Source: Heptranchias perlo (taxonomy: Eukaryota). Taken from it: 64,000 nt of DNA. Made by a program: the position numbers and the translations under genes. Location: assembly GCF_035084215.1 (NCBI RefSeq), contig NC_090346.1:16554001-16618000 (forward strand), read 5' to 3'. Below are positions 11,765-24,036 of this stretch, piece after piece (position 1 is the stretch's first letter; every line of letters begins with the position of its first letter). Under the pieces are notes generated by a model. The model had not been told where the DNA came from and made no database searches. It was given only the letters and a program-made list of their open reading frames with translations.

Positions 11765-12130
11765 TCAATAACTGCAAGACTCAATAGTGGAGGTGTCTTG
11801 GATGAAACCACTCCGTATTCGTAAGGTTTGGTAAGTGGGGGGCAGCGTGTCTGGGACAGGCTGGCGAGGTAACTGTAGGGCTGAGTTGAAAGTTGGTGGG
11901 TCCTCATCGCTGATGTAGAAGGGGCTTCCATGAGCCGTGTTACTGGCGGTAGGAGGCAGTTGCTGTTCCTCTTCTTTCCTCCACCACCTGCGTACGGTCT
12001 GCACACCCTTCCGAGCAGCGATCAGGAACATGTCGATGAAGAACACCTCCACGATCTCGATGATGCAGACTACAGAGCAGCTCATCCATAGTCCCAGCTG
12101 GCCCCCAAAGTTCGAGAGTAAGGTCACAAC
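11765..12130 (-). CDS. SCNN1G: ENaC gamma last coding exon (TM2, selectivity filter, PY motif)
   Basis: VVTLLSNFGGQLGLWMSCSVVCIIEIVEVFFID (gamma-type SCS filter), DEDPPTF, PPTYQTL, stop TGA ending at 11765. Confidence 0.96.
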   Translation of the reverse strand, partial: VVTLLSNFGGQLGLWMSCSVVCIIEIVEVFFIDMFLIAARKGVQTVRRWWRKEEEQQLPPTASNTAHGSPFYISDEDPPTFNSALQLPRQPVPDTLPPTYQTLRIRSGFIQDTSTIESCSY

Positions 12131-12539
12131 CTGAGATGAGAGAGGTGGTGGAATTAGCTCTGGTACAGAGTCACCGATTGTGGCCTGGACCCGTGAATTG
12201 GGGGGGGAAGGAGCAGGTTGGAACTTGGGGTGCAGACCCCCAATCGGAACACTTTGCTGGCTCCTTGGACCTGGTTCCTGGGCTCTGTTCTCCCTTTTGC
12301 CAGTTTTTAATGATTTCCTTCCCACTGCCTATTCTGTTTGGTTTCCGATTTCCTGCGCCTGCAGTATTTTACTTCACTAAATGAGCCTTTTGTTTGGATT
12401 AGATCATTTGTTTAGATTTATTTTTTATAGCAAACAGCATGGGCTGTTAATGTTCACTTACAGAAAGTGGACAACCTTATCGATACATGACAGCGACGAA
12501 TCTCGACAAGATGTCTATCTGGGCACTGAGGGTCCAAGA

Positions 12540-12862
12540 CCCGATCACCCACCATCTCCTGTACTTGCTGACCGACATTGACTCCAGGTCTGGGAATGCC
12601 TCAAATTCTCATCCTTGTTTTCAAATCCCTCCATGGCCTCGCCCCTCCCTACCTCTGTAACCTCCTCCAGCCCTACGACCCTCCGAGATCTCTGCGCTCC
12701 TCCAATTCTTGCCTCTTGCGCATCCCTGATTTTAATGGCTCCACCATTGCCATCCGTGCCTTCAGCTGCCTAAACCCTGAGCTCTGGAATTCCCTCCCTA
12801 AACCTCTCCGCCTCTCTACCTCGCTCTTCTCCTTTAAGACCCTCCTTAAAACCTACCTCTAC
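12540..12862 (+). mobile_element. L2 LINE 3' fragment
   Basis: ILILVFKSLHGLAPPYLCNLL...RAFSCL.PELWNSLP; homologous to the 35597, 43935, 53075 and 60790 fragments. Confidence 0.75.
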
Positions 12863-12865
12863 TAC

Positions 12866-13440
12866 CTATTACGACAATTGTACAGGGCTTTGGTGAGACC
12901 TCACCTGGAATACTGTGTACAGTTTTGGCCTCCTTATCTCCTTAGAGGCGGTGCAATGAAGGTTCACTAGATTAATTCCTGGGATGAGAGAGTTGTCATA
13001 TGAGGAGAGGTTGAGTAGAGCGGGCCTATACTCTCTGGAGTTTAGATGAATGAGAGGTGATCTCATTGAAACATCTAAGATTCTGAGGGGGCTTGACAGG
13101 GTAGATGCTGAGAGGTTGTTTCCCCTGGCAGGAGATCTAGAACTAGGGGCCATAGTCGCAGGATAAGCAGTCGGCCATTTAAGACTGAGATGAGGAGGAA
13201 TTTCTTCACTCAGAGGGTTGTGAATCTTTGGAATTCTCTACCCCAGAGGGCAGTGGATGCTCAGTCGTTGAATATATTCAAGACTGAGATAGATAGATTT
13301 TTGGACTCTAGGGGCATCAAGGGATATGGGGATTGTGCAGGAAAGTGGAGTTGAGGTTGAAGATCAGCCATGATCTGATTGAATGGTGCAGCAGGCTCAA
13401 GGGGCTGAATGGCTTCCTCCTGTTCCTATGTTCCTTCCTA
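12866..13440 (+). mobile_element. CR1 3' fragment
   Basis: [17 protein letters not shown], then tail ctcctgttcctatgttcc. Confidence 0.85.
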
Positions 13441-13842
13441 TATTCCTCTCCTGAAGACCTGGACTTCGTGCTGGGAACAGTTTCAGGGATGCATGTTGCC
13501 ATCTGAGTATTATTCATCTGTGAGCCTCGAGTGTGATGGTCATCGGGCTATTCTACCACAGAGCCATCACAGACAAGACTGATCCCCATTGTCACCTAAC
13601 GTCCAGTTATGTCCACTTCTGGTTGGAGTCACTGGATGACAATCAGGAGTGGGAACCCTTACTAACTGTCTGCTCTCTAACCCATCGGTGCTGAGACCAA
13701 TGTGCCTCTACTGTTGTCCCAACTGAGATCATCTAGCTCAGCACAGACCAGGGAATCAACCTGGGATCTTCCTGCTCTGTTTGGCTCACAATAAGCTTGC
13801 TGGGCCATCAGGAAGTCCAATGAGTATAATTCTGATACTTAC

Positions 13843-13918
13843 ATTATTTGCAGGTGTCTCAGAGATGTTCCTCAGATTAAGATCTTTGTAGAAGATGCCC
13901 AGATTGGCCAACTCATTC
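13843..13918 (-). CDS. SCNN1G: ENaC gamma coding exon 11
   Basis: NELANLGIFYKDLNLRNISETPANN; 76 nt; tggcag/gtaagt. Confidence 0.93.
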
Positions 13919-14156
13919 CTGCCAAGTAGAAATAAGACCATGAAAGTCTCAGTTAAGTCTGTGCATGTTGTTATATACATGGCTACTAGATACAGACTTA
14001 AAACACAGAATAGGCTAGACCACTCCCCCTTACTCCCATTGAAAGAAGAAGGAAAGACTTGCATTTCTAGAGCGCCTTTCATGACCTCAAGACATCCCAA
14101 AGCACTTTACAGCCAGTGAAGTATTTTTTGAAGTGTAGTCACTGTTGTAATGTAGG

Positions 14157-14429
14157 AAACCCCTTCCCATTCACTCCCATTGTACAGAATCCCAACGGAC
14201 CAAACCCCTTCCCATTCACTCCCATTGTACAGAATCCCAACGGACCAAACCCCTTCCCATTCACTCCCATTGTACAGAATCCCAACGGACCAAACCCCTT
14301 CCCATTCACTCCCATTGTACAGAATCCCAACGGACCAAACCCCTTCCCATTCACTCCCATTGTACAGAATCCCAACGGACCAAACCCCTTCCCATTCACT
14401 CCCATTGTACAGAATCCCAACGGACCAAA
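14157..14429. repeat. 45-bp perfect tandem repeat, 6 copies
   Basis: aaaccccttcccattcactcccattgtacagaatcccaacggacc. Confidence 0.97.
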
Positions 14430-14517
14430 GACTAGAGGTATTAAAGGCTCCAGCCTATCCCATGGCGTAAGGCAGCACCCTCAGGAAATTAGGGCGAGTT
14501 AACAAATCAGAACTTAC

Positions 14518-14579
14518 TTTGTCAGTGTTCTGTTCCCATGGAGACCATTTTCCCAGCTCAGAAGACGAAGGATCCGCTC
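14518..14579 (-). CDS. SCNN1G: ENaC gamma coding exon 10
   Basis: ERILRLLSWENGLHGNRTLT; 62 nt; caatag/gtaagt; phase fits neighbours. Confidence 0.88.
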
Positions 14580-14651
14580 CTATTGGAGGAAGGACAACGG
14601 GGTGAGATAATCCTGTCCCGTTCAGCAGCATAAGGACCGGGGCAGCTCAGT

Positions 14652-15075
14652 CCCCCCGCGGACAGGCCCCCCCCACCGCCGCGGTCGAGGCCCCCCCTCC
14701 GCGGACAGGGCCCTCCCCTCCTGCCACGGACAGGGCACCCCCTCCCCCCGTGGACAGGGCACCCCCCCACCCCGCGGACTTGGCACACCCCCGCGGGCAG
14801 GGCACCCACCCCACCGCGGACAGGGCACACCCCCCCCACAGACAGGGCACCCACCCCACCGCGGACAGGGCACACCCCCCCCACAGACAGGGCACCCACC
14901 CCACCGCGGACAGGGCACACCCCCCCCACAGACAGGGCACCCACCCCATCGCGGACAGGGCACCCACCCCATCGCGGACAGGGCACCCAACCCGCGGACA
15001 GGGACCCCCCCCCCCCTGCTGCGGACAGGGCACCCCCCACCGCGGATGGGGCACTTCCCCCTGCAGACAGGGCAC
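14652..15075. repeat. GC-rich minisatellite (gcggacagggcacccacccc variants, 42-bp dimer)
   Basis: direct reading. Confidence 0.9.
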
Positions 15076-15249
15076 CTCACTCTCCTCCCTCTCACCGTGT
15101 CCGGGACACTCCACCATGACCTCTATCCAACTCATTTAAAAACCTTCCACCGACCCTGCTCCACCCATTTAATCTCCTCAAGCAAAAGTTCTGAAACATT
15201 TCTCCCTGTCCCAGAAATAAGTTACACAAACTCATCAGTAAAAGGTGGA

Positions 15250-15600
15250 CTGTGTGTGGGTGTGTGTTTGTGTCTTTTCGGGTGTGCGTGTATCTCAGTT
15301 GCAGGTTTGTGTGTGCTTGTATATGTGTGTAAGTGTGCATCTGTGAGGGTGTGTGTAGGTGTGCGAAAGTGCATGGATGTGACTGGGTTTGTGACTGAGT
15401 GAGTTTGTGTGTGTGAACCTAAGTATATGAGAGGTTGTGAGTTTTTGAGGGTGGATGTGAGTGAGAGTATGTGTGTGTGTAATTGAGTGCGTGTGTCTGA
15501 GTGTGTGTACGTGTGAATGAAAGTGTGTAATTGTGTTTGGGTAATTGAGTGTGTGTGTGTGTGTGTGTGAGTGTGAGTGTGAATGAGTGTGTGCAGGTGT
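15250..15600. repeat. Degenerate (GT)n-rich tract
   Basis: direct reading. Confidence 0.85.
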
Positions 15601-15729
15601 ATATTCACACTACGTGCCTCCCCAAAAATGTTTCCCTTTAAACACTTTTCTCATCTCATACAGTCCGACTATAAATTAATAATTCAGTTACCAGAGAACA
15701 GATACATCTCCTTAGGTGAGGCTGCTCAC

Positions 15730-15787
15730 CTCAGATGGTGATGACGGCCACTGGGCAAGACTGATGGTCATTGTCCATTCCTTGGAA
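15730..15787 (-). CDS. SCNN1G: ENaC gamma coding exon 9
   Basis: SKEWTMTISLAQWPSSPSE; 58 nt; ccacag/gtgagc. Confidence 0.93.
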
Positions 15788-15872
15788 CTGTGGAAAGATC
15801 ACATGATCGTTACCGAGTAACTCAGACCCTTACCACAGTAACTCAGCTCGCTGATAAATAGAAACATAGGAG

Positions 15873-18170
15873 CATTGAACTGGACACTGGCCCAGTACTG
15901 AACTGGACACTGGCTCAGTACAGGACCCAGTACTGAACTGGACACTGGCTCAGTACAGGGACCAGTATTGAACTGGACACTGGCTCAGTACAGGACCCAG
16001 CATTGAACTGGACACTGGCCCAGTACTGAACTGGACACTGGCTCAGTACAGGACCCAGCATTGAACTGGACACTGGCTCAGTACTGAACTGGGCACTGGC
16101 TCAGTACAGGACCCAGTATTGAACTGGACACTGGCTCAGTACAGGACCCAGTATTGAACTGGACACTGGCTCAGTACGGGACCCAGTATTGAACTGGACA
16201 CTGGCCCAGTACAGGACCCAGTATTGAACTGGACACTGGCTCAGTACAGGACCCAGCATTGAACTGGACACTGGCTCAGTACAGGGACCAGTATTGAACT
16301 GCACACTGGCTCAGTACAGGACCCAGTATTGAACGGGACACTGGCTCAGTACAGGACCCAGTACTGAACTGCACACTGGCCCAGTACTGAACTGGACACT
16401 GGCTCAGTACAGGACCCAGCATTGAACTGGACACTGGCTCAGTACTGAACTGGGCACTGGCTCAGTACAGGACCCAGTATTGAATTGGACACTGGCCCAG
16501 TACAGGGACCAGTACTGAACTGGACACTGGCTCAGTACAGGGACCAGTATTGAACTGGACACTGGCTCAGTACAGGACCCAGCATTGAACTGGACACTGG
16601 CTCAGTACTGAACTGGGCACTGGCTCAGTACAGGACCCAGTATTGAACTGGACACTGGCTCAGTACAGGACCCAGTATTGAACTGGACACTGGCCCAGTA
16701 CAGGACCCAGTATTGAACTGGACACTGGCCCAGTACAGGAACCAGTATTGAGCTGGACACTGGCCCAGTACAGGACCCAGTATTGAACTGGACACTGGCT
16801 CAGTACAGGGACCAGTATTGAACTGGACACTGGCTCAGTACAGGACCCAGTATTGAACGGGACACTGGCTCAGTACAGGACCCAGTACTGAACTGGACAC
16901 TGGCCCAGTACTGAACTGGACACTGGCTCGGTACAGGACCCAGTATTGAACTGGACACTGGCTCAGTACAGGACCCAGTACTGAACTGGACACTGGCCCA
17001 GTACAGGCACCAGTATTGAACTGGACACTGGCTCAGTACAGGACCCAGTATTGAACTGGACACTGGCCCAGTACAGGGACCAGTATTGAACTGGACACCG
17101 GCCCAGTACTGAACTGGACACTGGCCCAGTACTGAACTGGACACTGGCTCGGTACAGGACCCAGTATTGAACTGGACACTGGCTCAGTATAGGACCCAGT
17201 ATTGAACTGGACACTGGCCCAGTACAGGGACCAGTATTGAACTGCACACTGGCTCAGTACAGGACCCAGTATTGAACTGGACACTGGCTCAGTACAGGAC
17301 CCAGTATTGAACTGGACACTGGCTCAGTACAGGACCCAGTATTGAACTGGACACTGGCTCAGTACAGGACCCAGTATTGAACTGGACACTGGCTCAGTAC
17401 AGGACCCAGTATTGAACTGGACACTGGCTCAGTACAGGGACCAGTATTGAACTGGACACTGGCTCAGTACAGAGACCAGTATTGAACTGGACACTGGCCC
17501 AGTACTGAACTGGACACTGGCCCAGTACAGGACCCAGTATTGAACTGGACACTGGCCCAGTACAGGGACCAGTATTGAACGGGACACTGGCCCAGTACAG
17601 GGCCCAGTATTGAACTGGACACTGGCCCAGTACAGGACCCAGTATTGAACTGGACACTGGCCCAGTACAGGGACCAGTATTGAACTGGACACCGGCCCAG
17701 TACTGAACTGGACACTGGCCCAGTACTGAACTGGACACTGGCTCGGTACAGGACCCAGTATTGAACTGGACACTGGCTCAGTATAGGACCCAGTATTGAA
17801 CTGGACACTGGCCCAGTACAGGGACCAGTATTGAACTGGACACTGGCCCAGTACAGGGACCAGTATTGAACTGGACACTGGCTCAGTACAGGGACCAGTA
17901 TTGAACTGGACACTGGCTCAGTACAGGACCCAGTATTGAACTGGACACTGGCCCAGTACAGGGACCAGTATTGAACTGGGCACTGGCTCAGTACAGGACC
18001 CAGTATTGAACTGGACACTGGCCCAGTACAGGGACCAGTATTGAACTGGACACTGGCCCAGTACAGGACCCAGTATTGAACTAGACACTGGCTCAGTACA
18101 GGACCCAGTATTGAACTAGACACTGGCTCAGTACAGGGACCAGTATTGAACTGGACACTGGCTCAGTACC
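15873..18170. repeat. 35-bp satellite (cagtattgaactggacactggctcagtacaggacc) with 22-bp deletion variants
   Basis: direct reading, ~2.3 kb. Confidence 0.97.
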
Positions 18171-18381
18171 GGACCAGCCTTTACTGTATTTGCTCAGTTG
18201 GTCTGGTAATCAGGAGGGAGGGAGGGAGGTGCTGCTCTGTAGTGAGTGCTGAGAAGATCGGCTTTAAATGTTATGGGGAATTCTTGTGATTCTGTATCCA
18301 TGTGCTTCTCTCCAGATCAACCTCATGATTGGGGAAGTATTGTCAGGTGTTGGGCCCACGCATCAAACCTCAGGAACGTAC

Positions 18382-18460
18382 TGACAGGCTGGTCGGCAAA
18401 CCTTCTGGCAAACCAGCTGCTCCTGAATAAACTTGTCGTGCAGTCTGTAATAGCAGGAAA
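18382..18460 (-). CDS. SCNN1G: ENaC gamma coding exon 8
   Basis: ISCYYRLHDKFIQEQLVCQKVCRPAC; 79 nt; ccgcag/gtacgt. Confidence 0.92.
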
Positions 18461-19134
18461 CTGCGGGAAAAACAAAAACACTTTCTTAAACAATCGCACA
18501 TAACAACAATATAACCTCGCTTGATATAAACACAGAATTAAGTCCATATAGTTCCAGATTTCCACTCCCCTTTGTGTGAAGAAGTGCTTCCTGATTTCAC
18601 CACTGAACGGCCTGGCTCTAATTTGAAGATTATGCCCCCTTGTTCTGGACTCTCCCACCAGAGGGAATAGTTTCTCTGTATCTCCCCTATCAGAACCCTT
18701 TATCAAGGTCAAACATCTTACGTTAAAAATAACAAATATACGAATACCTCACAGGTGTTAATATTTGTCAAGCTCAAAATCCTTACTACTTCAATGAATA
18801 TCAGGCAAGCAAAGCCCCTCAGCGACATTAGTCAAACAGCAGGTCCTCGTCCTTTTCTTTATCATTTTAAGCTCCTTGATGAGATCCCCCCCTCAACCTT
18901 CTCCCGACATCCTGCTCAACGTTCCTCCCCCAGCCATCACCGTACAAAACGATTAACTGGACTTTCAAGGTGTTGCTGTTTTTTGGGGAACTCTCTGTGC
19001 AGAAAATGGCCGTTTCATTTACCAATACAACAGGTCAATGCACTTCAAAGTGATTCGCTGCCTGACCATCTTTGGATGTGATAGGGTGCTACACAAATGG
19101 AGGTGGTCTACTAACACAGGAAGTGTGAACTCAC

Positions 19135-19252
19135 TCCACCCCGGGTACTTTTTGTAGTTGCAGTATTCTTCGCCCGCTGGCAGTGGATTCTCGTAGTGAG
19201 CACAGCCACAACTTTGAACCATCTCCATCTGAAAGCACGAGTGCAGGCACAT
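19135..19252 (-). CDS. SCNN1G: ENaC gamma coding exon 7 (thumb cysteines)
   Basis: MCLHSCFQMEMVQSCGCAHYENPLPAGEEYCNYKKYPGW; 118 nt; ccacag/gtgagt. Confidence 0.95.
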
Positions 19253-19342
19253 CTGTGGAGAACAGAAAGTCTCCCATTGGTCTGCGGCCTTTACTCTCAA
19301 CGTAGGTTTGGACCGACGGCCGTGAGTGAGCTGGAGTGTTAC

Positions 19343-19441
19343 CTGTAATGAGTAGGTCTTGTTGTAGAGGTTTGTCACAGGCACATCGAGTCCATCTGGT
19401 GTACAGTCACTATAGGGGCTGCTCAGTCTCTGCGATACAGT
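19343..19441 (-). CDS. SCNN1G: ENaC gamma coding exon 6
   Basis: TVSQRLSSPYSDCTPDGLDVPVTNLYNKTYSLQ; 99 nt; tttcag/gtaaca. Confidence 0.94.
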
Positions 19442-20249
19442 CTGAAACAACAGCAAAAAGGGCATTTTGGAAAACACTGGACTTCTGAGAGTTTTCAGGA
19501 AGAGGCCGATCACAGCTAACAAGACCACCAAAGTCGACTTTCCAGTCGGTGGCGATCGTGTACAAACACTTAATAGCATTCACACTACATTCCTATACAC
19601 TGTTTCTTCGCAGGTGTTAACCCGTTAGTGGGAATATAGCACATTACAGCAAGCATTCAACAACAGACTTAACCAATTGGATGATCGGCTATTAGATCTG
19701 AACCCCACATTCCCACCTTCCCCCCCATATCACTCAAGCTCATCCACCCAGCTTCTCCCTATCCCTCTCAATCCCACCAACTCACCTTCACCCCATATCC
19801 CTCTCAATCCCACCAACTCACCTTCACCCCATATTACTCAATCCCACCGTATCACCTTCTCCCCATATCCCTCAATCCCACCTACCCACCCTCATATCCC
19901 CCATTAAATTGCCTCCTGAGCTTATCTATACTGGCTGCCCCACTCCATCACCCTTTGGGTGAAAAGTTTCCCCTCACTTCCCTTCTTATTCCTAACTAAC
20001 AAAATGTTTTAATTGCATCACCACAGTTTTGTCAGTCCCCTTAAGAATCTTTGGTCAGCTCACCTTGAAGTCTTTTTTTCCCCCAAAGTAAACAGTCTTG
20101 ACTTTTGTAGCTAGTACCTGAACCGAGTGTGTGTAACACTGTGACGTTTGCTATGGCATCTGGCCGACCGGGATTATCAGCTCATGCGTTATCTTTAATT
20201 GCCCCCCTCCCCGGGCCTTGGTGGACGAGTTTCCTGCTGGATAGTTTAC

Positions 20250-20413
20250 CATGTCCAGGCCCATGGATGTCTCCGTTGCTGTCTGTATCTCAATCCCCAC
20301 ATCTTCAATGAAGGGCTGTTCATTCTGATCGTGAATGGAAATCTTTGCTCCCATCGAGGTGACCAGATATGGATTATATTCATCCTCAGCCAAGTGCAGA
20401 GTCACCTTCAAGC
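20250..20413 (-). CDS. SCNN1G: ENaC gamma coding exon 5
   Basis: GLKVTLHLAEDEYNPYLVTSMGAKISIHDQNEQPFIEDVGIEIQTATETSMGLDM; 164 nt; ag/gt ends. Confidence 0.95.
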
Positions 20414-20426
20414 CTGGGAGGTTCAA

Positions 20427-20858
20427 AAGAAAGAAAGAAAGGGACTTGCATTTCTATAGCGCCTTTCATGACTTCAGGATGTCCCAACTTTACAGCCAAT
20501 AAACTGTACTCACTGTTGTAATGTAGGAAATGCGGCAGCCAATTTCACACAGCAAGATCCCACAAACAGCAATGTGATAATGGCCAGTTTTAGTGATGTT
20601 GGTTGAGGGATAAATATTGTCCAGGAGATCGGGGAGAACTCCCCTGCTCTTCTTTGAATAATGCCATGGGATCTTTTGTGCCCGCCTCAGAGGGTTTAAC
20701 ATCTCATCTGAAAGACGGCACCTCCGACAATGCAGCACTCCCTCAGTATTGTACTGGGAGTGTCAGGCTGGATTTTGTGCTCAAGTCTCTGGAGTGGCGC
20801 ATGAGCCCATGACCTCTGACCCAGAGGCGAGACAGCTACCCACTGAGCCACAGCTGAC
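20427..20858 (-). mobile_element. DeuSINE-type SINE abutting the acceptor of SCNN1G coding exon 5
   Basis: full head-core-tail similarity to the other copies; (aaag)n tail ends ~14 nt from the exon. Confidence 0.75.
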
Positions 20859-21705
20859 ATAAGCCATCGATTGTTAATACTCCTCTGAGCAGCAGTTTAT
20901 TCCCTTTAAATCAATTTTTCTCCTCAGTTTTTCTCCCATTCTCTCCTGAAAGCACTGACTTTCAGGGATACAGTTGCCTAGGTCCGGGCCTATATGTGAC
21001 TCCAGTCCCACATTAATGTGGTTGATTCTTAAATGCCCTCTGAAAGTGGCCTAGCAAACCCCTCAGCTGTATCAAACTACGCAAGTAGAAGGCCCACCAC
21101 CACCTTCTCAGGGCAGCGAGGGATGGGCAATAAATACCGGCCTTGTCAATGACGCCCACTTCCCGAGAATAATTTTTTTTTAAATACCAAGGGAAGCTCT
21201 GGTTATGAAGAGAATTTGCTTTATTTCATTAATGCAGAGAGGTCTGATAGAGGGGTTCAAAATTACTAAAGGTCTTGATTTCGGGAAAAACAATTCCCGC
21301 TGGTCGGTGAGTTGGTAACTAGAGGGCAAAAATTTAAAGAACAAAGGGAGAGGTTGAAGAAATGTTCCCACGCAGAGAGTTATTCAGATGTGGATTGTCC
21401 AATCAGAAACAGTGGGGGAAGCAGAATAGCCTTTAAAAGAAAAGTGGATAAATACTTGAAAAAGAAAAATTTGAAGGGTTATGAGGAAAGGGCGGGGGAA
21501 TGGGTCTAATGGGACTCTTTCACTGAGTGGGCACAGGTACGGTGGGCCCAACGGCCTCCTTCTGTGCTGTCCAATTCTGTAATTATAGTTGTTATTGAAT
21601 GCAGTCAGGTATTCACATCAGTCAGAGCACGGCAGAGTGTTTGGTGCAAAGTTAAAAACAGCTGATAAGAGGTCAAGGGGCAGCAGCGAGTCACACAATG
21701 AGATG

Positions 21706-22814
21706 GTCATCGGTCAGAGTTTAACGTGGTTATCGGTGAGAGTTTAAGGTGGTTATTGGTGGTTATCGGTCAGAGTTTAACGTGGTCATTGGTGAGAGTT
21801 TAAGGTGGCTATCGGTGAGAGGTTGAAGTGGTTATCAGTTAGAGTTTAAAGTGGTTATCGGTCAGAGTTTAAGCTGGTTATTGGTCGGAGTTTAAGGTGG
21901 TTATCGGTGAGAGTTTAAAGTGGTTATCGGTCGGAGTTTAAGCTGGTTATTGGTCGGAGATTAAGGTGGTTATCGGTTGGAGTTTAAGGTGGTTATCAGT
22001 TAGAGTTTAAGGTGGTTATCGGTGAGAGTTTAAGGTGGCTATCGGTCAGAGTATAAGGTGGTTATCGGTGAGAGTTTAAGGTGGTTATTGGTTAGAGTAT
22101 AAGGTGGTTATCGGTTGGAGTTTAAGGTGGTTATCGGTTAGAGTTTAAGGTGGTTATCGGTCAGAGTTTAAGTTGGTTATTGGTTAGAGTATAAGGTGGT
22201 TATCGATTGGAGTTTAAGGTGGTTATTGGTTAGAGTTTAAGGTGGTTATCAATGAGAGTTTAAGGTGGTTATCGGTTGGAGTTTAAGGTGGTTATCGGTG
22301 AGAGTTTAAGGTGGTTATCGGTTGGAGTTTAAGGTGGTTATTGGTTAGAGTTTAAGGTGGTTATCGGTTGGAGTTTAAGGTGGTTATCGGTCAGAGTATA
22401 AGGTGGTTATCGGTTAGAGTTTAAGGTGGTTATCGGTCAGAGTTTAAGGTGGTTATCGGTGAGAGTTTAAGGTGGTTATCGGTTGGAGTTTAAGGTGGTT
22501 ATCGGTTAGAGTTTAAGGTGGTTATCGGTCAGAGTTTAAGTTGGTTATTGGTTAGAGTATAAGGTGGTTATCGGTTGGAGTTTAAGGTGGTTATCGGTTG
22601 GAGTTTAAGGTGGTTATTGGTTAGAGTTTAAGGTGGTTATCAATGAGAGTTTAAGGTGGTTATCGGTTGGAGTTTAACGTGGTTATCGGTTGGAGTTTAA
22701 GGTGGTTATCGGTTGGAGTTTAAGGTGGTTATCGGTCAGAGTTTAAGGTGGTTATCGGTTGGAGTTTAAGGTGGTTATCGGTCAGAGTTTAAGGTGGTTA
22801 TCGGTTAGAGTTTA
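21706..22814. repeat. 23-bp minisatellite (gagtttaaggtggttatcggtta)
   Basis: direct reading, ~1.1 kb. Confidence 0.97.
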
Positions 22815-23282
22815 TGTGTGAGAAGAAACCTATCTCTATCTCTAAGGTCACTGCCTTGTGGTCAGAAATGTAACAAAACTTAACAGAGAAGAATGGAAAC
22901 TGCTGGAGGAGGAGGAAGAGAAAGAAAGGCTGGAGTGGGTGATGGAAAATGTGAGCTGAGAGATTTGAGGGAGTTTCCCAGTGGGTCAGTGAGTTAATCC
23001 AGCCATTAGCTGAGCTATTCAGACCAGGAAGGACCCTGGGTTGAGTCCTGGTATCAGCAGGATGGAGAGCTACCAGCGGGGTTCAATGAGGAGAAAATTA
23101 GCCAGGGTTTTCCTCACAGATTAATGGATTGCTCCCCCTCCCCCAACGAGAATCCAGAGCAAAGGCTTGGCCTCCCAGCAGAGTAAAGTGTTGTTCAAAA
23201 TAATTGGAAGGCTCCGTTTTCTCTTGAACTTTAGATTTTGCCCCTCTCTGGGAGGTGAATGTTGTTGCCGGGTGGGTTTTAC

Positions 23283-23386
23283 CGTTTTCGCTGCCGCCGG
23301 TGGTGGTCCGTAGAACGTGGCCATTCTCTCCACCATTGAAGGTGAAACAGTTTCCATGCAGGGGGTGGTGCATCAGACTGAAGTTC
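23283..23386 (-). CDS. SCNN1G: ENaC gamma coding exon 4
   Basis: NFSLMHHPLHGNCFTFNGGENGHVLRTTTGGSEN (GNCxTFN motif); 104 nt; ag/gt ends. Confidence 0.95.
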
Positions 23387-23780
23387 CTGCAATGGAGAGA
23401 GAGACAAACCTCAGTACCTGGACAGGAAAAGCCACCAGCCAGGACGAATCTGTCATCGGAAAGAAAGTACAAAGGCTCCCATTGATACCGCAGCGTAACA
23501 GGCCTCGGAGAGACATGTCCGCTCAGTGCAGTCAGCCTGTGTGTATAGAGGATTGAGGGGCGATCTGATCAAGGTGTTTAAACTGATAAAGGGATTCGAT
23601 GGGGTGAATACGGGGAAACCGTTTCCTCTGGTGCAGCGCTCCCTCAGCCTGGATCACATGCTCGAGTCTCTGGAGTGGGCCTTGAACCAACGACCTTGTG
23701 GTTCAGAGGTGAGAGTGCTGCCAATGAGCCACGGCTTAATATTGAAAGAGGCACCTTCACCTATAACTCAATATACAAAC

Positions 23781-23980
23781 CTTGAATCACAGGGTAGTCC
23801 ATCGAACAGGCAGGTGAGCATGAGGTCATTGGCAGAGTAGCCCATTTGCAGCTTGGTTTGTTGAGGCACCTGTGCCATGATGTTGATGTAGTGCAGCCGG
23901 TACCATTCCTGAATGGCCGTTATGCCCGAATTAAACGTGTAGATGATGCAGGTGGAGTTTTTATCTTGGTTTCTGTCGCA
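23781..23980 (-). CDS. SCNN1G: ENaC gamma coding exon 3
   Basis: CDRNQDKNSTCIIYTFNSGITAIQEWYRLHYINIMAQVP...MGYSANDLMLTCLFDGLPCDS; ag/gt ends; not shown as such in the ORF track. Confidence 0.95.
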
Positions 23981-24036
23981 CTGTCACAGGGGAGACGGAA
24001 AAAAGCATTCATTACAAAAAGAAGCTGCACCAACAG

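Noticed and set aside
15873-18170. CRISPR-like appearance of ~35-bp repeats
   Set aside because: Units are contiguous with no unique spacers, there are no cas genes, and the context is a vertebrate intron
21706-22814. Telomere-like G/T strand bias
   Set aside because: The unit is a 23-mer without TTAGGG arrays
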